A DNA stretch of 64,000 bases from positions 3,347,407-3,411,406 of the forward strand of contig NW_003314267.1 of the NCBI RefSeq assembly GCF_000143415.4, given 5' to 3'. Shown here piece by piece: positions 23,946-37,191 of the stretch (position 1 is the stretch's first letter; every line of letters starts with the position of its first letter). Origin of the DNA: Selaginella moellendorffii. Its lineage: Eukaryota > Plantae > Lycopodiophyta. A model generated the notes under the pieces. That model did no database searches, was not told the origin of the DNA, and worked only from the letters and a program-made list of their open reading frames with translations. The translations under genes and the position numbers were made by a program.

Positions 23946-26900
23946 TTAAGCTTTCAAACAAAATTCAATCATGTTTTGAAGCTCTTTATTTGGGTTTCTA
24001 AAGAGATCCTGCTTTGCTTTGTTGTAGGTGAACATCATCATCCGTGCTATATCAAAGTTAAACCTTTTGATATTTTTGGGTAAATCTTTCTCAGTGAAAT
24101 AAATTTCGTTGAGTTGCTTTTTGGTTTTCTCGAGCAAACTTTGTAAGTATGCTAGTGCATCTTCTTCAGTTTCACCCGGGTGGTCTTTCATATAACAAGA
24201 AACTCCATGTGCTGATTGCCCCAGTTTCATCTCAATCTAAAAATAAAGAAAGAGATTAAAAATAATAAAAGTCAAATATAGGAAGAGAAGGAACCTTATA
24301 TGTTTGGATGTCATTGCAAATCCTAGAGATGATACTACCAAGTTTAAGAAGCTTGCTATCATAAATGATGTTTAATAACTCTTCTGTTAAATGGTCACCA
24401 CAAAATAATATGCCCATAAGTAAGTGAGTTGCAATGCCGATGCTAACTTCAGCGTTTTCCATATACTCCTCAAAACCTGGAATATATCCTTGAAGTTTCC
24501 AGCGAGCATCAATAATCCCAGATTTTATAAGTTCAGTGCCCTGTAAAGATTTATGTAAACAACCCTATTAAGCCATTGAAAAAATAAATGGAAAATACTT
24601 ACAATTGCTAAAAGGTATTTGTGGATGAATTCCGGAGATAGATTTTGATTTATTTTAGAGGCCATTTCAGTCATAACAAGAATGGTATTATAGAATTCTT
24701 GAAAGATAATCTTATATTCTTTTTGTGATAAAAAAGATGTATCCCACCTGCATGAAAATAAAGAAGAAACTGTTATTTTAACTTTTAAAAATTGATGCAT
24801 ATAACCTTTCAATCATATTTTGGAGATGATCAAGCTCTGTAATGCTTTTTGCACTATCCAAAAGATCATCAAATAAAGTGTTCATGCAGCAAGTTTTCGT
24901 GAAAAAAATTCTCAACTGGCCAAAGTTTTGCTCATGGAAAGTTGAGCAAATAACATAGTAAATATAGGGGAGCATATTAACATTAGATTTAAATCTTGTA
25001 GAAGGGATATCTTCAAAGTGCGATGAATGCCACCATCTAAATAAAAACACACCAATGAATTATTTTTGTTTAATAAAAATATTTTTTCACTTACTCCACC
25101 AATATTTTCAGCTCAGAACGTTGATATGATTGACATTGTTGAGCATACCGATTTGCAAGTTCTAAAAGTACTTTGTTATTCACATGAGGCAATCTTTTAA
25201 CAAAAGAGATGTAAGAGGAGGTTATAAAGGTTAATATGAATGTCACTTACCGATAAATAGTCTTAGCAATCCAAGGATCATCAATGCTATAGTGCTTGAT
25301 ATATGCATTATTGTAAATCCTCGGCAAGCAGTCATGAAGTGGATTTTCTAGCTCAAATGTGACCTGTAGAGATAATAGATACATCTGGATTTTCAAGCTA
25401 TCTAGATCTCATTACCTCTCCCATGAGGTTTTTCTTGGTTGCCGATGTGTGAGAGCTTTCAACATTAAGTAAATAATCGTGGGAGTACTTGAAAGTCTTT
25501 GTAAGAATCTCCTCATTCGGAAAATCAACTTGGGAAGCCCGATACAAGTGGAGCATTGCAGAGACCCCATGTGGCAATTCACCAACAAAGCAGCAAAACT
25601 TGTCTCCTGGCAGCCAGAACTGGTTGAATGCATCTGTGCGTAGTTCCGAGATTTAGATTCTTCCATCACAAAACGTTTTTGTACCTGGAGATACACTATA
25701 TCCATGCATCCGAAGGATACGGAAGGCCATTGCTGTGTCCTCGATGTCATTGACTATGCACGTAGATTCCCATCCAATTCCTTCGTTTGTCCAGAAGCTG
25801 GTGCAAACCCAAAGTAAGTACTAAAAGTATAGCAGCATTGTACCTATACAGGTAGTCAAGGACGGCTTTGATCTCATCTCTGAAGAAGAGGTCAATGCCC
25901 AAGCGCTCAATGGTGTCGACCACCCGTAAACTTTCGAAGAGATCAATAGGGTAATGACAAGAAACTGCACAGCATAGTCGATTAGTACAAAGGATTGAAG
26001 AAGACAGCGGTTTACCAGCATAGTTTTGATTTTTCATAGCTTTTTGCAAGTATTGCAACGATTTTTTGTCCTTGGTCTTCAAGTAAACACATGCGGTTGA
26101 CGAGGGCGAGCTAAAAAAGGATCCATCTTTGGACTGAAGCTTGAGGATCTTTTGCCAGTCAATCTCAAGACCTTGAAGGCCCTCCAAGGAGTATAGCAAC
26201 GTGGTGGGAGTGGAATGGAGTCTATCCAAAGAAATCCTGGACGAACACCAAACGTTTTCAAACCAAAGATTACATAATTGAAGAACTCACTTCGCCAATT
26301 TCTCCGTGGTGGAGATCTCAAGCAACCTCGTGAACTCTGTGTCATACGGAAGCTTAAGGCCCACCCGCTTTGCTTCGTGGAGCATCATTGGAAACGTCAC
26401 CTCGAAACCTGACAAGAAATCTCCATCGGCATGGTTGAGCTTGATCATGTTCTCACGCAAAAACTTCGTGCCTGCGAAGAATCAGAGTCGAAAAACAGTC
26501 CAGGATATGACCAGAAGATCAGAAAAGAGCCATGCCTTGCGCAATGCTGTTGTGCCCGATGTCCCAGAGGTTGAGCGTGACCAGGCAAGAGAGCGTGGAA
26601 AACACTCTGTCATAGAGTTGCAAGTGACAATCATCACCCCATGATCCATCCGGAAGTTGACTGTTGATGATCCACTCCAGGGCCTCCGGGAACTCGGGAA
26701 GAGAGGAGTCGGAGTCGGACGGGATTCGGGCGACCCAGGCGGTGTCGTAAGTCGAAGGACTGATTTCCCACTTGCCACTCGCGAGTTTCATCAGCCATCC
26801 CTTCACTTCCTTGACGAGCAGAGACGTTTCTCTGTGATCAAGCTCCTCGATTCGATCGCCAGCCTGGACGTGGAGAATGCCTTGATATGGCTGCTGCTTC

Positions 26901-27179
26901 TCCTTTTCCCGCTTCTCCTGTGAACAAGTAGGAAGAAATCAGCTCCAGTCAATCTTGTAACGATGGTGCTTCGACTTACTAGAACCTCAGCTGGCTTTGA
27001 AGCACAGCAGCTAACTGCATAATTAATATAGCAGGCCAGTTTCAGTGCGAAGCTAGTTTGATGAACTTACCTTTCCGAAACCGATTCGGCTGTGCGTTGC
27101 TCTTGAGATTAGTGCCTCCAAATAACTGGAGGCTTCCACCGCCAGTGCGTTGAAAGCTGCTGAGCAAAACCTTTGACAT
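23946..27179 (-). CDS. Three-domain (gamma-beta-alpha) diterpene synthase-like gene, class I, copy 1, multi-exon
   Basis: [31 protein letters not shown] (DDxxD) and [10 protein letters not shown] (NSE/DTE). DxDD site reads DIED. Transit-peptide-like first exon. Confidence 0.88.
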
Positions 27180-27499
27180 TGCAAAAACTTTGCCTTCTTG
27201 CTAGAATATAAGCTTTTCCAGCACTGCTGAAGTTTGTGGATCCAGGGAAGCGTTGAAGAAAAATTTAATATCCCCAGGAGCCTAAAGAGTTTTATATTGC
27301 AAGCTAACACCTTTGCCTCCACACGTCTGTTTCCATAGATTGGATGGTCAATCCTCTCGTGTCTAATTTGAGGTCTGCAATTGTAGGCTAACATCGTCAA
27401 TAGCAGAGGCCCTTGAAAAAGGTGGACATCGACATGGTCCGTCAAAGCCATTGAAAGATCTCGCCCCACAGGAAAAAGATGGGCCACCGAGTTGGGCTA

Positions 27500-28045
27500 T
27501 CTCGACGAATTCTTCTTTGAACCGCCCCTAAGCCTTTTTTCAAAGTCTCTTCCGGAGTTTCCGGCAAGTGCTTGAATAAAATGCTGTTCCAAGAGACCTC
27601 CTCAGATGTTTATTTCGCCTTATGTCTCTTCCGTACGCCATGATTGTGTCCCTGAAACTAGATGTACAGTCAAAGATGCGTTTTGCATCTTCCAGATGAC
27701 CTTGGAGCGTGTCTTTTGGCCTCCTCCAAATGCCCGTTCAAGTCATCACAAGCTTGCGAATAAGGATCGCGGTGGAATCAAAGACCACCTTTACCGTACA
27801 TCATTGCATTCGAACTTTGCCAGATGCCGTTGTCTGTCTCTTCCATACGCAACTGAAACTAGATGCATAGTCAAAGTTGCGTTTTGCATCGTCCAAATGG
27901 AGCGTGTCTTTTATCAAGTCAAAGAAATTCTTGGCCTCTTCCAAATGGCTTGTGGAAGAAGGATTGTGGTGCTTTACCATAGCACTACTGCGGCCGTGTG
28001 TATGAAAGCCCTTGGTGCAAATAGAATTGCACTCATACAACGTTA
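27500..28045 (-). pseudogene. Degenerate PLS-PPR fragment (second copy ~37500-37900)
   Basis: HLEEAKNFFD and GHLEDAKRIFD motifs with stops and indels. Confidence 0.55.
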
Positions 28046-28079
28046 TTAGAAATCATTTAGCTGACAAGTTAACTCCTTG

Positions 28080-29680
28080 TCAAGTTCTAATGTAAGCTGT
28101 TCCTGACTTGATTTGAATGCCTCTCAATCTCTCCATAAACTCCAGAGAGTGTTCTTCTTTCTTCCTCTTCTTTAGCTCCTGTTCTTGCTTCTTTAGCTTC
28201 TTCTCTTGCTTCCTTTTCCCCGGTTTTACATGGTGGAACTTATGTGAGAACTGCCGGAAGGCTTCCTTGGGGGTCAGCTGCATCAAACATAAAGTAAAAT
28301 CAGAAAGTAAATAGAACAAAAACTTACAGTTCGGCCATGCTCATCGCGGTGGTCCAAGTTGAATTCGAATTTACCATTTTCTGGTGTCCTTTTGTCTCTG
28401 CTTCTTCCAATCCATTCGCCTCTAGATTCCTTCAAGCTCCCATTCTCTCGAAAAAATTGAAGAACGCCAGCCAGTCCTTTCCCTACGTGATCCTCTTTTG
28501 TTGGCAGCAAAGATTTGAAATCCATCCTGCTGTAGGCTTCTTCATCTCTAGTAGTAGCTGGTAGATATCAAATATAAGAACAGTGAAAATTGGAATCAAA
28601 TCACATGCTTACCTTCGTGATTCTGCTGTAGACCCGAGCAAAACTCCTCAATCTCTGTCAATACAACCTTTGGAGGTTCTTCCATGCTTGCCCTAGTATA
28701 AAATTACAGAAACTTAAATAGTAGTCGTGCAGGAGGTATATTCTCACTTAAACTATTCTCGTATATTCCATTGTATTCAAAACCTAAGAGAGTTTCTCTC
28801 AAGGCAGAAGCATGCCATTCCTCCGGGTCCTGATTGACACGAAGAGCGTACTCGATAATGGAACGCGCCATATCAACCTCATGCTTCCACAGTGGCTCGC
28901 TGAGACGAACGGTTTTGCCCTGCTCACGAAGAGGCTTAAGCCTCCACTTCCATGTCAGGACGCGCAAGCAGACCTGTGTAATTACTCTTGCCCTTGCCTT
29001 CCATCCAAACCACCCCGAGGTACACATTCACGGCGATTTCTACCTGGACAACGAAGTTAGTGAAACAACAATGGAACACCACAGTACCGTTTTCGTCTGC
29101 TCGCGGAAGCTTCTGATGCGCATGGCCTTGGTCGCTTTGTCACCGTCAGTTGGATAGAAGCGTATCGCTCGAGACGTTAAAAGCCATCCCAGAAGAGAGC
29201 GGAGCTCCAGTCACCGCTCGGGCCTTTGTCTCGGATAAGCGTCCGGAGCAACATCAGCTGCGAGCAAGGGACACTCGTAAAAACACGAAGAAGACTCGTA
29301 AGACTTCTTTACATACCTGCCCAGACGTTTCCTTGAGGGGAAGAAGCCATCGGAAGAGACTTATCACGTCGCTGAACGAGAGTGTTTTCAGCACCTATTG
29401 ACGAGGTTGTAAATATTTGTCACTCACGCTCCCTGCAGATACCTTACCTTCGGAATTAAACTCTCTATCGAGCTGCCCAACTCACACCGGACGCTCGTCC
29501 CTTCCAGCTCCAGAACCTCCAGAATGCTCTACAGGAAAGAAAAGCATATTAGAATGTTATAAAACGTAAAATCCTCAGCTCACGTAGAGAAGTTCGTTGC
29601 TCACGGTGGCTAAGCTCTGGACCTAACATCGTTGAAAAGCCTAGATGGAGATACCCCTCTCGAGGTATCCCAAGCACCGG
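28080..29680 (-). pseudogene. Gene ending in a SART-1 (tri-snRNP) C-terminal segment, copy 1, 5' part deleted
   Basis: LTPKEAFRQFSHKFH..KPGKRKQEKKLK and KGLAGVLQFFRENG match the SART-1 C-terminus; ~1 kb present in copy 2 is missing. Confidence 0.6.
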
Positions 29681-29741
29681 GACGTAGAGTTTTGGCGGGA
29701 GTTTTAATTCTCAAGGGTCTTCCTTTAGGGTTCTAGAGCTC

Positions 29742-31707
29742 ATGGCGACGATCGTGCTCACGCGCGAGGAAGCGAAGATTCTCGACGCTCTCCGTCTGGC
29801 GATCCGTAAATGCGACTTGAAGACCGAGGTGAGAGTGGCGGGCGGATGGGTGCGCGATAAGGTCTAGATCATTTAGCTTGAATCGTTCTAGCTCAATTCA
29901 ATTCGCGCAGCTCCTTGGCGTCGAGAGCCACGATTTGGATATTGCGCTGGATGGTATGACTGGGCAGCAGTTCTGTGATCGTGTGCTCCCGTGCTTGAGG
30001 AAGACCGATCCTTCGTGTTCTTACAAAGTTATCAAAAGGTTTGTGTGTCTAGAGCTTGTTATTTTTCTAACAACTGGAATTTACATGTTGTAGCAATCCA
30101 GAACGATCCAAGCATTTAGAAACGACCAAGCTGGAGATCCTGGGTGGAGAGCTTGATGTTGTTAATCTCCGATCCGAGACCTACTCCAACGATTCCAGGA
30201 TCCCAACATCAATGGTACTATGGCCCTTTTGATTTTCACTCGACTTCCTCTTGTTCTTACGCTCTTTTCCTTCTTGCTAGAAATTTGGAACACCTTCCGA
30301 AGACGCTTACCGGAGAGATCTCACGATCAACAGCCTCTTCTACAACGTTGCGGCTGACAAGGTTGAGGACTTCACTGGTCGAGGTTTGTGTATATTTCAT
30401 CTTTCGATTCTTTCCACAACTGTGTTGGCCAGGTGCAATGGACCTCAAGCTTGGAAAGATCAGGACTCCGTTGCCTCCGCTCGTTACTTTTCTAGATGAT
30501 CCATTGCGTGTCCTGAGATCCATTCGGTTTGGTCTGTGACTACTTGTCTTCACCTTAGAATTCTAATTACCTTTCTTTTTCCTGATCAGCGGCGCGCTTT
30601 AATTTTGAGCTGGACGAGGAACTGGAGTGCGTGGCATCTGCTGATTCTGTGAAGGCTGCATTCGAAACAAAGATCACCAGGGAGCGCATTTCTCAGGAGG
30701 TGGAATAACGATCTCTTGGTTTTTATTTTTCGTGTGCCTCTTACATTCGTATTTCAGATTCAAGCCATGCTCTTCGGAAAGAATCCTGCTCGGGCGATGT
30801 GCCTGCTGCACAAGCTTGGTTATTGGCCTCTGATTTTTACGAGGCCAGTGAGTGCGCAAAGGTAGTCAGTTCAGTCCCTCCTTTTCGTTTCTCGAACTCA
30901 TTTAAATCTTTGCTAGTGTGAAGGACTTTCAAGTCGTTTGCGAGACTCTAGAGTCTGTCAACATTCCTGAGGTACTTACACTGAACACTTTGGTTTTGAC
31001 TCTTTAACTTACTCAACGCAGGAAGGTGAAAGGCGTCTTGTTCTTGTTGCTGGGATTCTCTATCCATTCAAGAAAGAAAACGATACAGTTTTGGGCTCGA
31101 TGGCCGAGAGAATAGGATTAAAAGCAATGCTTAAAAAGGTACACGTTCTATACATTTCCTTCCTCTCTTGAACTGTCTCGTGTACCAGGTGAAAGCATTG
31201 TACAAAGCAATTGGAAATACCTTCGTGCAAGATTGGTATGAGTTGAACAAATGTACACTTTCTGGAGGATTACCTTGTCTTTTCAACGAAAGTTTTCGAG
31301 TAGAGGCCGGCCTAGCCTTCAGAGACAGGGACTTCAGCTTGTCAGCTGCTGCTTTATTTCTCTCCGTGCCAGCCCCTAGCGTCCAGCAGAAAGACGTGTT
31401 TAACGCTATTCTAAAAAGCATCAGCTTATCTGGTAAGAAGTAGTAGATTTTTTCGTTTTCAATATTCAATACTTTTTTCAGGATTGTTAAATTTAAAACC
31501 TCTGCTCACGGGGAACGATCTCAAACTCGAATTTCACATTGTTAGCGGTCCGAGAGTGGGTGAGCTGGTAATTCTTTGAACCTTCCATTCACAAGATATT
31601 ATCGAATGGTTGTTTTACAGAAAGAAGCTATGTTTATATGGCAGCTACGAAATCCTAGTGGGACCAAACCAGAGTGTATCAGATATTTACGAGAATTATT
31701 CATCTAA
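29742..31707 (+). CDS. Class II tRNA nucleotidyltransferase (CCA-adding enzyme-like), copy 1, multi-exon
   Basis: [62 protein letters not shown]. Confidence 0.85.
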
Positions 31708-31908
31708 GGAGTCAAACACACAACTTGGGAATGAATCGTGCTGTAATTATCAATAGAACGAAAGGTAAAAAGTTGTGATTTTAACTGTGGCTAAGTTAAT
31801 ATTTTTTTCAAGTATCGCTAAGGTTTCTGTTGCTTATAGTTGTTTGCTATTAACGTTTCTTCTATTTTACGTAGTTCGCTCTATGGTACTATCTACATGA
31901 GATCAAGC

Positions 31909-33209
31909 TTATTGCCACTCTCGCAAGTCCCAGCGATTGGTTAGCAGCCTTTTGACGTGGTCGCCCAGAAGTTTCTTCCCTTTCTCGAGCTTCTCTCGCA
32001 GCGCTTGGACTGATTTTTGCAGAGCAGCCACGGGAGAAGGCTCGATGCCAACACGTCGCAGTACATTATCGTGACCACCGCTTCGACGCGTCAAGACGAG
32101 GAAAGGATCACCTGTGATCACCATGAGCTCCAACAGGTCTTTTTCCAGATCTTTGGGCGTAGAAACCGTTTCCTGTAACTTCTGCTTGATCTCCCAAGGC
32201 AGCACGTCCAGAACGGGAGAACGTCAGCACTCCAAAAGTTTACCTCTGATACCGAGGAGGACTTTCACCAGCTCAAGAACGAGCTCCTTGCTCCTGCGCA
32301 GCCACTCCACGAAAAAGTCTGGCCTTGCTAAAAGCAACGAGATGCAAATCCTGCCGATGGAACCTGGAAGAAATCTGGAGATTCCAAAATCCCAGCTCCT
32401 GGCATTCGCAGCAGTGGTGTCTACAGCCTCTTCCACTCCCCGTCCAGGAAATCGTTGCTCCAGTAGACCAATCCAACGCCATCGCTGGCATTCTCGCCGC
32501 CAAGAAGGATCCGCCAAGAAGAATCCCTCCACGCGCTGCTTGGATCTCTCATCGCCACCCTTCCTCCTGCTGGAATGAGAGGGTTTTGGGCGATCTTCTT
32601 CCAGTGCTTGAGCATGGCGTCGCCTGGATCGACCGGGACAGCGGCATTCTGTGTGGTGGCGCCATCGCTGGAGATTCCAGTGTAGAGGATGACGGGGCCC
32701 TGAACGAGAAGCGTCATGGATCCACCAAGAATTCCTTGCTCGTCGTACCTCTCTGGCCCGGGATCCAGCGCCGCGGGGAGATGCGTCCAGTGGAGGAGGT
32801 CCTTGGCGATGGCGTGGCCCCAGGAGCTCTGGTTCTTGCTCTTGGACGACGATGGAGTGGTGAATCGGTAGAAGAGATGGTAGAATCCGCGATAGAACAC
32901 CGGGGCGTTTGGACTGATCATCCAGATGCTGCTGTTTGGGGGCGCCTGGAAGTGAAACCCCAGCACCATTGCTGCTCCATCCCGGGCCGATCCAGCGGTG
33001 TGGAATCCAATGCCGGGCGCACGGAAGAGAAGCGCGATTCCTCCAGCCGAGATCGCAGCCACAGCGACACCCAGAGGAGACGTGACCTCGGCAGCGGGTG
33101 CGGAATCGGTCGATCCTCGTCCTCTCCGCGCTGCTGGACATCAAACGCTCTCAAAAATGCGCGGTGCTGTGGAAGCGAGGAATGCGTGCTCCTCCTCTTC
33201 CTCCGCCAT
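31909..33209 (-). pseudogene. Chimeric pseudogene: invertase 5' half (33209-32361) fused to helicase 3' end (32360-31909)
   Basis: Junction ccgatgg|aacctgg joins 45511-type and 22566-type sequence. Frameshift near 33150 and stop at 32421. Confidence 0.9.
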
Positions 33210-33951
33210 AGCTACGCAAAAGCGAGCTCTAGATAGTGATTTGAATGCTAGAGAATATACCACTTTATTCCGAGTATATGCTGGTATATTGCTTATTAAA
33301 TATTTGAAGTTCTTCCACCTAGGGTTTTAGCAATGCGAGGTGAGAGCCAGTGGCGCCAGAAGGAATGCGCATCTCCAGGATTTGGATTGGGGCAGCCTCT
33401 TGCTGCGCGGTGGGAGCGGCTCCCACTCCCACAATGCCGCACAGCTTGCCGTCGGAGAATCCAGCCACTTTATTCCCAGTTTCTAGTATATACTGGTACT
33501 TAATAATAATTAAATATTTGAACGCATTATTATCAGATGGAAATGCTGACAGATTTGCCGGCAAATCCAGGATTTTACTAGCCGATGCCGTAGGACTTGT
33601 CGTAATGGCATATTTATTCGAGCCTTCAATGCAGAAGGTATTCTCTTGTAGCGTTTTTATCCTTCCTGAGTTCTCAGTTTTGGCTGGCATCAGTTTTGGA
33701 GGAAGAACTTCCGCAGAAGGATAGAATTGTAGATCTGCAACGTTTCACTACTTGTTGCTTCTGTTATCCTTGAGCTGGCGAACGAAGCCTGACGTGGATG
33801 ATGAAGGATCTCCAAACTAGGTGTTCGGCAAGGGGGTTAGCAGACCTTTACTCTTTTGTTTTTCCTTTAAATGTTTTCTTAACCATTAGTTAGAAACCCA
33901 AGATGATCTAATAGAATGGGAATATATTATAAAAACATTATATATGTTACA

Positions 33952-36900
33952 TTAAGTTTCCAAACAAAGTTCAATCATGCTTTGAAGCTCTTTATTTGGG
34001 TTTTTAAAGAGATCCTGCTTTGCTTTGTTGTAGGTGAACATCATCCCCCTTGCCATATCAAAGCTAAACCTTTTGATATTTTTGGGTAGATCTTTCTCAG
34101 TGAAATAGATTTTGTTGAGTTGCTTTTTGGTTTTCTCAAGCAAACTTTGTAAGTATGCTAGTGCATCTTCTTCGGTTGCACCCGGGTGGTCTTTCATATA
34201 ACATGAAACTCCTTGTGCAGATTCCCCCAGTTTCATCTCAATCTAAAAAGAAAGAAAGAGATTAAAAATAATAAAAGTCAATTATAGGAAGAGAAGGAAC
34301 CTTATATGTTTGGATGTCATTGCAAATCCTAGAGATGATACTACCAAGTTTAAGAAGCTTGCTATCATAAATGATGTTTAATAACTCTTCTGTTAAAGGG
34401 TCACCACAAAATAATATGCCCATAAGTACGTGAGTTGCAATGGCGATGCTAACTTCAGCATGTTCCATATACTCCTCAAAACCTGGAATATATCCTTGAA
34501 TTTTCCAGCGAGCTTCAATAATCCCAAATTTTATAAGCTTAGTGTACTGTAAAGATTAATATGAACAACCCTATTAAGCCGTAGAAAAAATGAATAGAAA
34601 ATACTTACAATTGCTAAAAGGTATTTGTGGATGAATTCCGGAGATAGATTTTGATTTATTTTAGAAGCCATTTTAGTCATAACAAGAATGGTATTATAAA
34701 ATTCTTGAAAGATAATCTTATATTCTTTTTGTGATAAAAAAGATGTATCCCAGCTGGATGGAAACAAAAAAAAGAAAGTGTTATTTTAAATTTTAAAATT
34801 GATGTATATAACCTTTCAATCATATTTTGGAGACTATCAAGCTCTGTAATGCTTTTTGCGCTATCCAAAATATCATCAAATAAAGTGTTCATGCAGCAAG
34901 TTTTCGTAAAAAAAATTCTCAATGGGCCAAATTCTTGCTCATGGAAAGTTGCACAAATAACATAGTAAATATAGGGGAGCATATTAATATTAGCTTTAAA
35001 TCTTGTAGAAGGGATATCTTCAAAGTGTGATGAATGCCACCATCTAAATAAAAACACACCAATGAATTATTTTTTGTTTAATAAAACTATTTTTTCACTT
35101 ACTTCACCAATATTTTCAGCTCAGAAGGTTGATAGGATTGACATTGTTGAGCATACCGATTTGCAAGTTCTAGAAGCACTTTCTTGTTCACAAGAGGCAA
35201 TCTTTTAACAAAAGAGATATAAGAGAGGGAAGTTATAAAGGTTAATATGAATGTCACTTACTGATAAATAGTCTTAGCAATCCAAGGATCATCAATGCTA
35301 TAGTGTTTGATATATGCATTGTTGTAAATCCTCGGCAAGCAGTCATGAAATGGATTTGCTAGCTCAAATGTGACCTGTAGAGATAATAGATACATCTGGA
35401 TTTTCAAGCTATCTAGATCTCATTACCTCTCCCATGAGGTTTTTCTTGGTTGCCGATGTGTGAGAGTTTTCAACATTAAGTAAATAATCGTGGGAGTACT
35501 TGAAAGTCTTTGTTAGAATCTCCTCATTTGGAAAATCAACCTGGGAAGCCCGATACAAGTTGAGCATTGCAGAGACCCCATGTGACAATTCACCAACAAA
35601 GCAGGAAAACTTGTCTACTGGCAGCCAGAACTGGTTGAATGCATCTGTGCGTAGTTCCGAGATTTAGATTCTTCCATCACAAAACGTTTTTGTACCTGGA
35701 GATACACTATACCCATGCATCCGAAGGATACGGAAGGCCATTGCTGTGTCCTCGATGTCATTGACTATGCACGTAGATTCCCATCCAATTCCTTCGTTTG
35801 TCCAGAAGCTGGTGCAAACCCAAAGTAAGTGCTAAAAGTATAGCAGCATTGTACCTATACAGGTAGTCAAGGACGGCTTTGATCTCATCTCTGAAGAAGA
35901 GGTCAATGCCCAAGCGCTCAATGGTGTCGACCACCCGTAAACTTTCGAAGAGATCAATAGGGTAATGACAAGAAACTGCACAGCATAGTCAATTAGTACA
36001 AAGGATTGAAGAAGACAGCCGGTTTACCAGCATAGTTTTGATGTTTCATAGCGTTTTGCAAGTATTGCAACGATTTTTTGTCCTTGGTCTTCAAGTAAAC
36101 ACATGCGGTTGACGAGGGCGAGCTAAAAAAGGATCCATCTTTGGACTGAAGCTTGAGGATCTTTTGCCAGTCAATCTCAAGACCTTGAAGGCCCTCCAAG
36201 GAGTATAGCAACGTGGTGGGAGTGGAATGGAATCTATCCAAAGGAATCCTGGACGAACGCCAAACATTTTCAAACCAAATATTACATAATTGAAGAACTC
36301 ACTTTGCCAATTTCTCCGTGGTGGAGATCTCAAGCAACCTCGTGAACTCTGTGTCATACGGAAGCTTAAGGCCCACCCGCTTTGCTTCGTGGAGCATCAT
36401 TGGAAACGTCACCTCGAAACCTGACAAGAAATCTCCATCGGCATGGTTGAGCTTGATCATGTTCTCACGCAAAAACTTCGTGCCTGCGAAGAATCAGAGT
36501 CGAAAAACAGTCCAGGATATGACCAGAAGATCAGAAAAGAGCCATGCCTTGCGCAATGCTGTTGTGCCCGATGTCCCAGAGCTTGAGCGTGACCAGGCAA
36601 GAGAGCGTGGAAAACACTCTGTCATAGAGTTGCAAGTGACAATCATCACCCCATGATCCATCCGGAAGTTGACTGTTGATGATCCACTCCAGGGCCTCCG
36701 GGAACTCGGGAAGAGAGGAGTCGGAGTCGGACGGGATTCGGGCGACCCAGGCGGTGTCGTAAGTCGAAGGACTGATTTCCCACTTGCCACTCGCGAGTTT
36801 CATCAGCCATCCCTTCACTTCCTTGACGAGCAGAGACGTTTCTCTGTGATCAAGCTCCTCGATTCGATCGCCAGCCTGGACGTGGAGAATACCTTGATAT

Positions 36901-37191
36901 GGCTGCTGCTTCTCCTTTTCCCGCTTCTCCTGTGAACAAGTAGGAAGAAATCAGCTCCAGTCAATCTTGTAACGATGGTGCTTCGACTTACTAGAGCCTC
37001 AGCTGGCTTTGAAGCACAGCAGCTAACTGCATAATTAATATAGCAGGCCAGTTTCAGTGCGAAGCTAGTTTGATGAACTTACCTTTCCGAAACCGATTCG
37101 GCTGTGCGTTGCTCTTGAGATTAGTGCCTCCAAATAACTGGAGGCTTCCACCGCCAATGTGTTGAAAGCTGCTGAGCAAAACCTTTGACAT
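33952..37191 (-). CDS. Diterpene synthase-like gene, class I, copy 2
   Basis: Same exon structure as copy 1; [19 protein letters not shown]. Confidence 0.88.

Noticed and set aside
32224-33144. 306-aa ORF as a functional invertase-helicase fusion
   Set aside because: Uses a non-invertase frame; the true invertase frame has a frameshift and a stop.
21535-37191. Terpenoid biosynthetic gene cluster
   Set aside because: No P450, class II cyclase, dehydrogenase or transferase in the window; only duplicated TPS genes.
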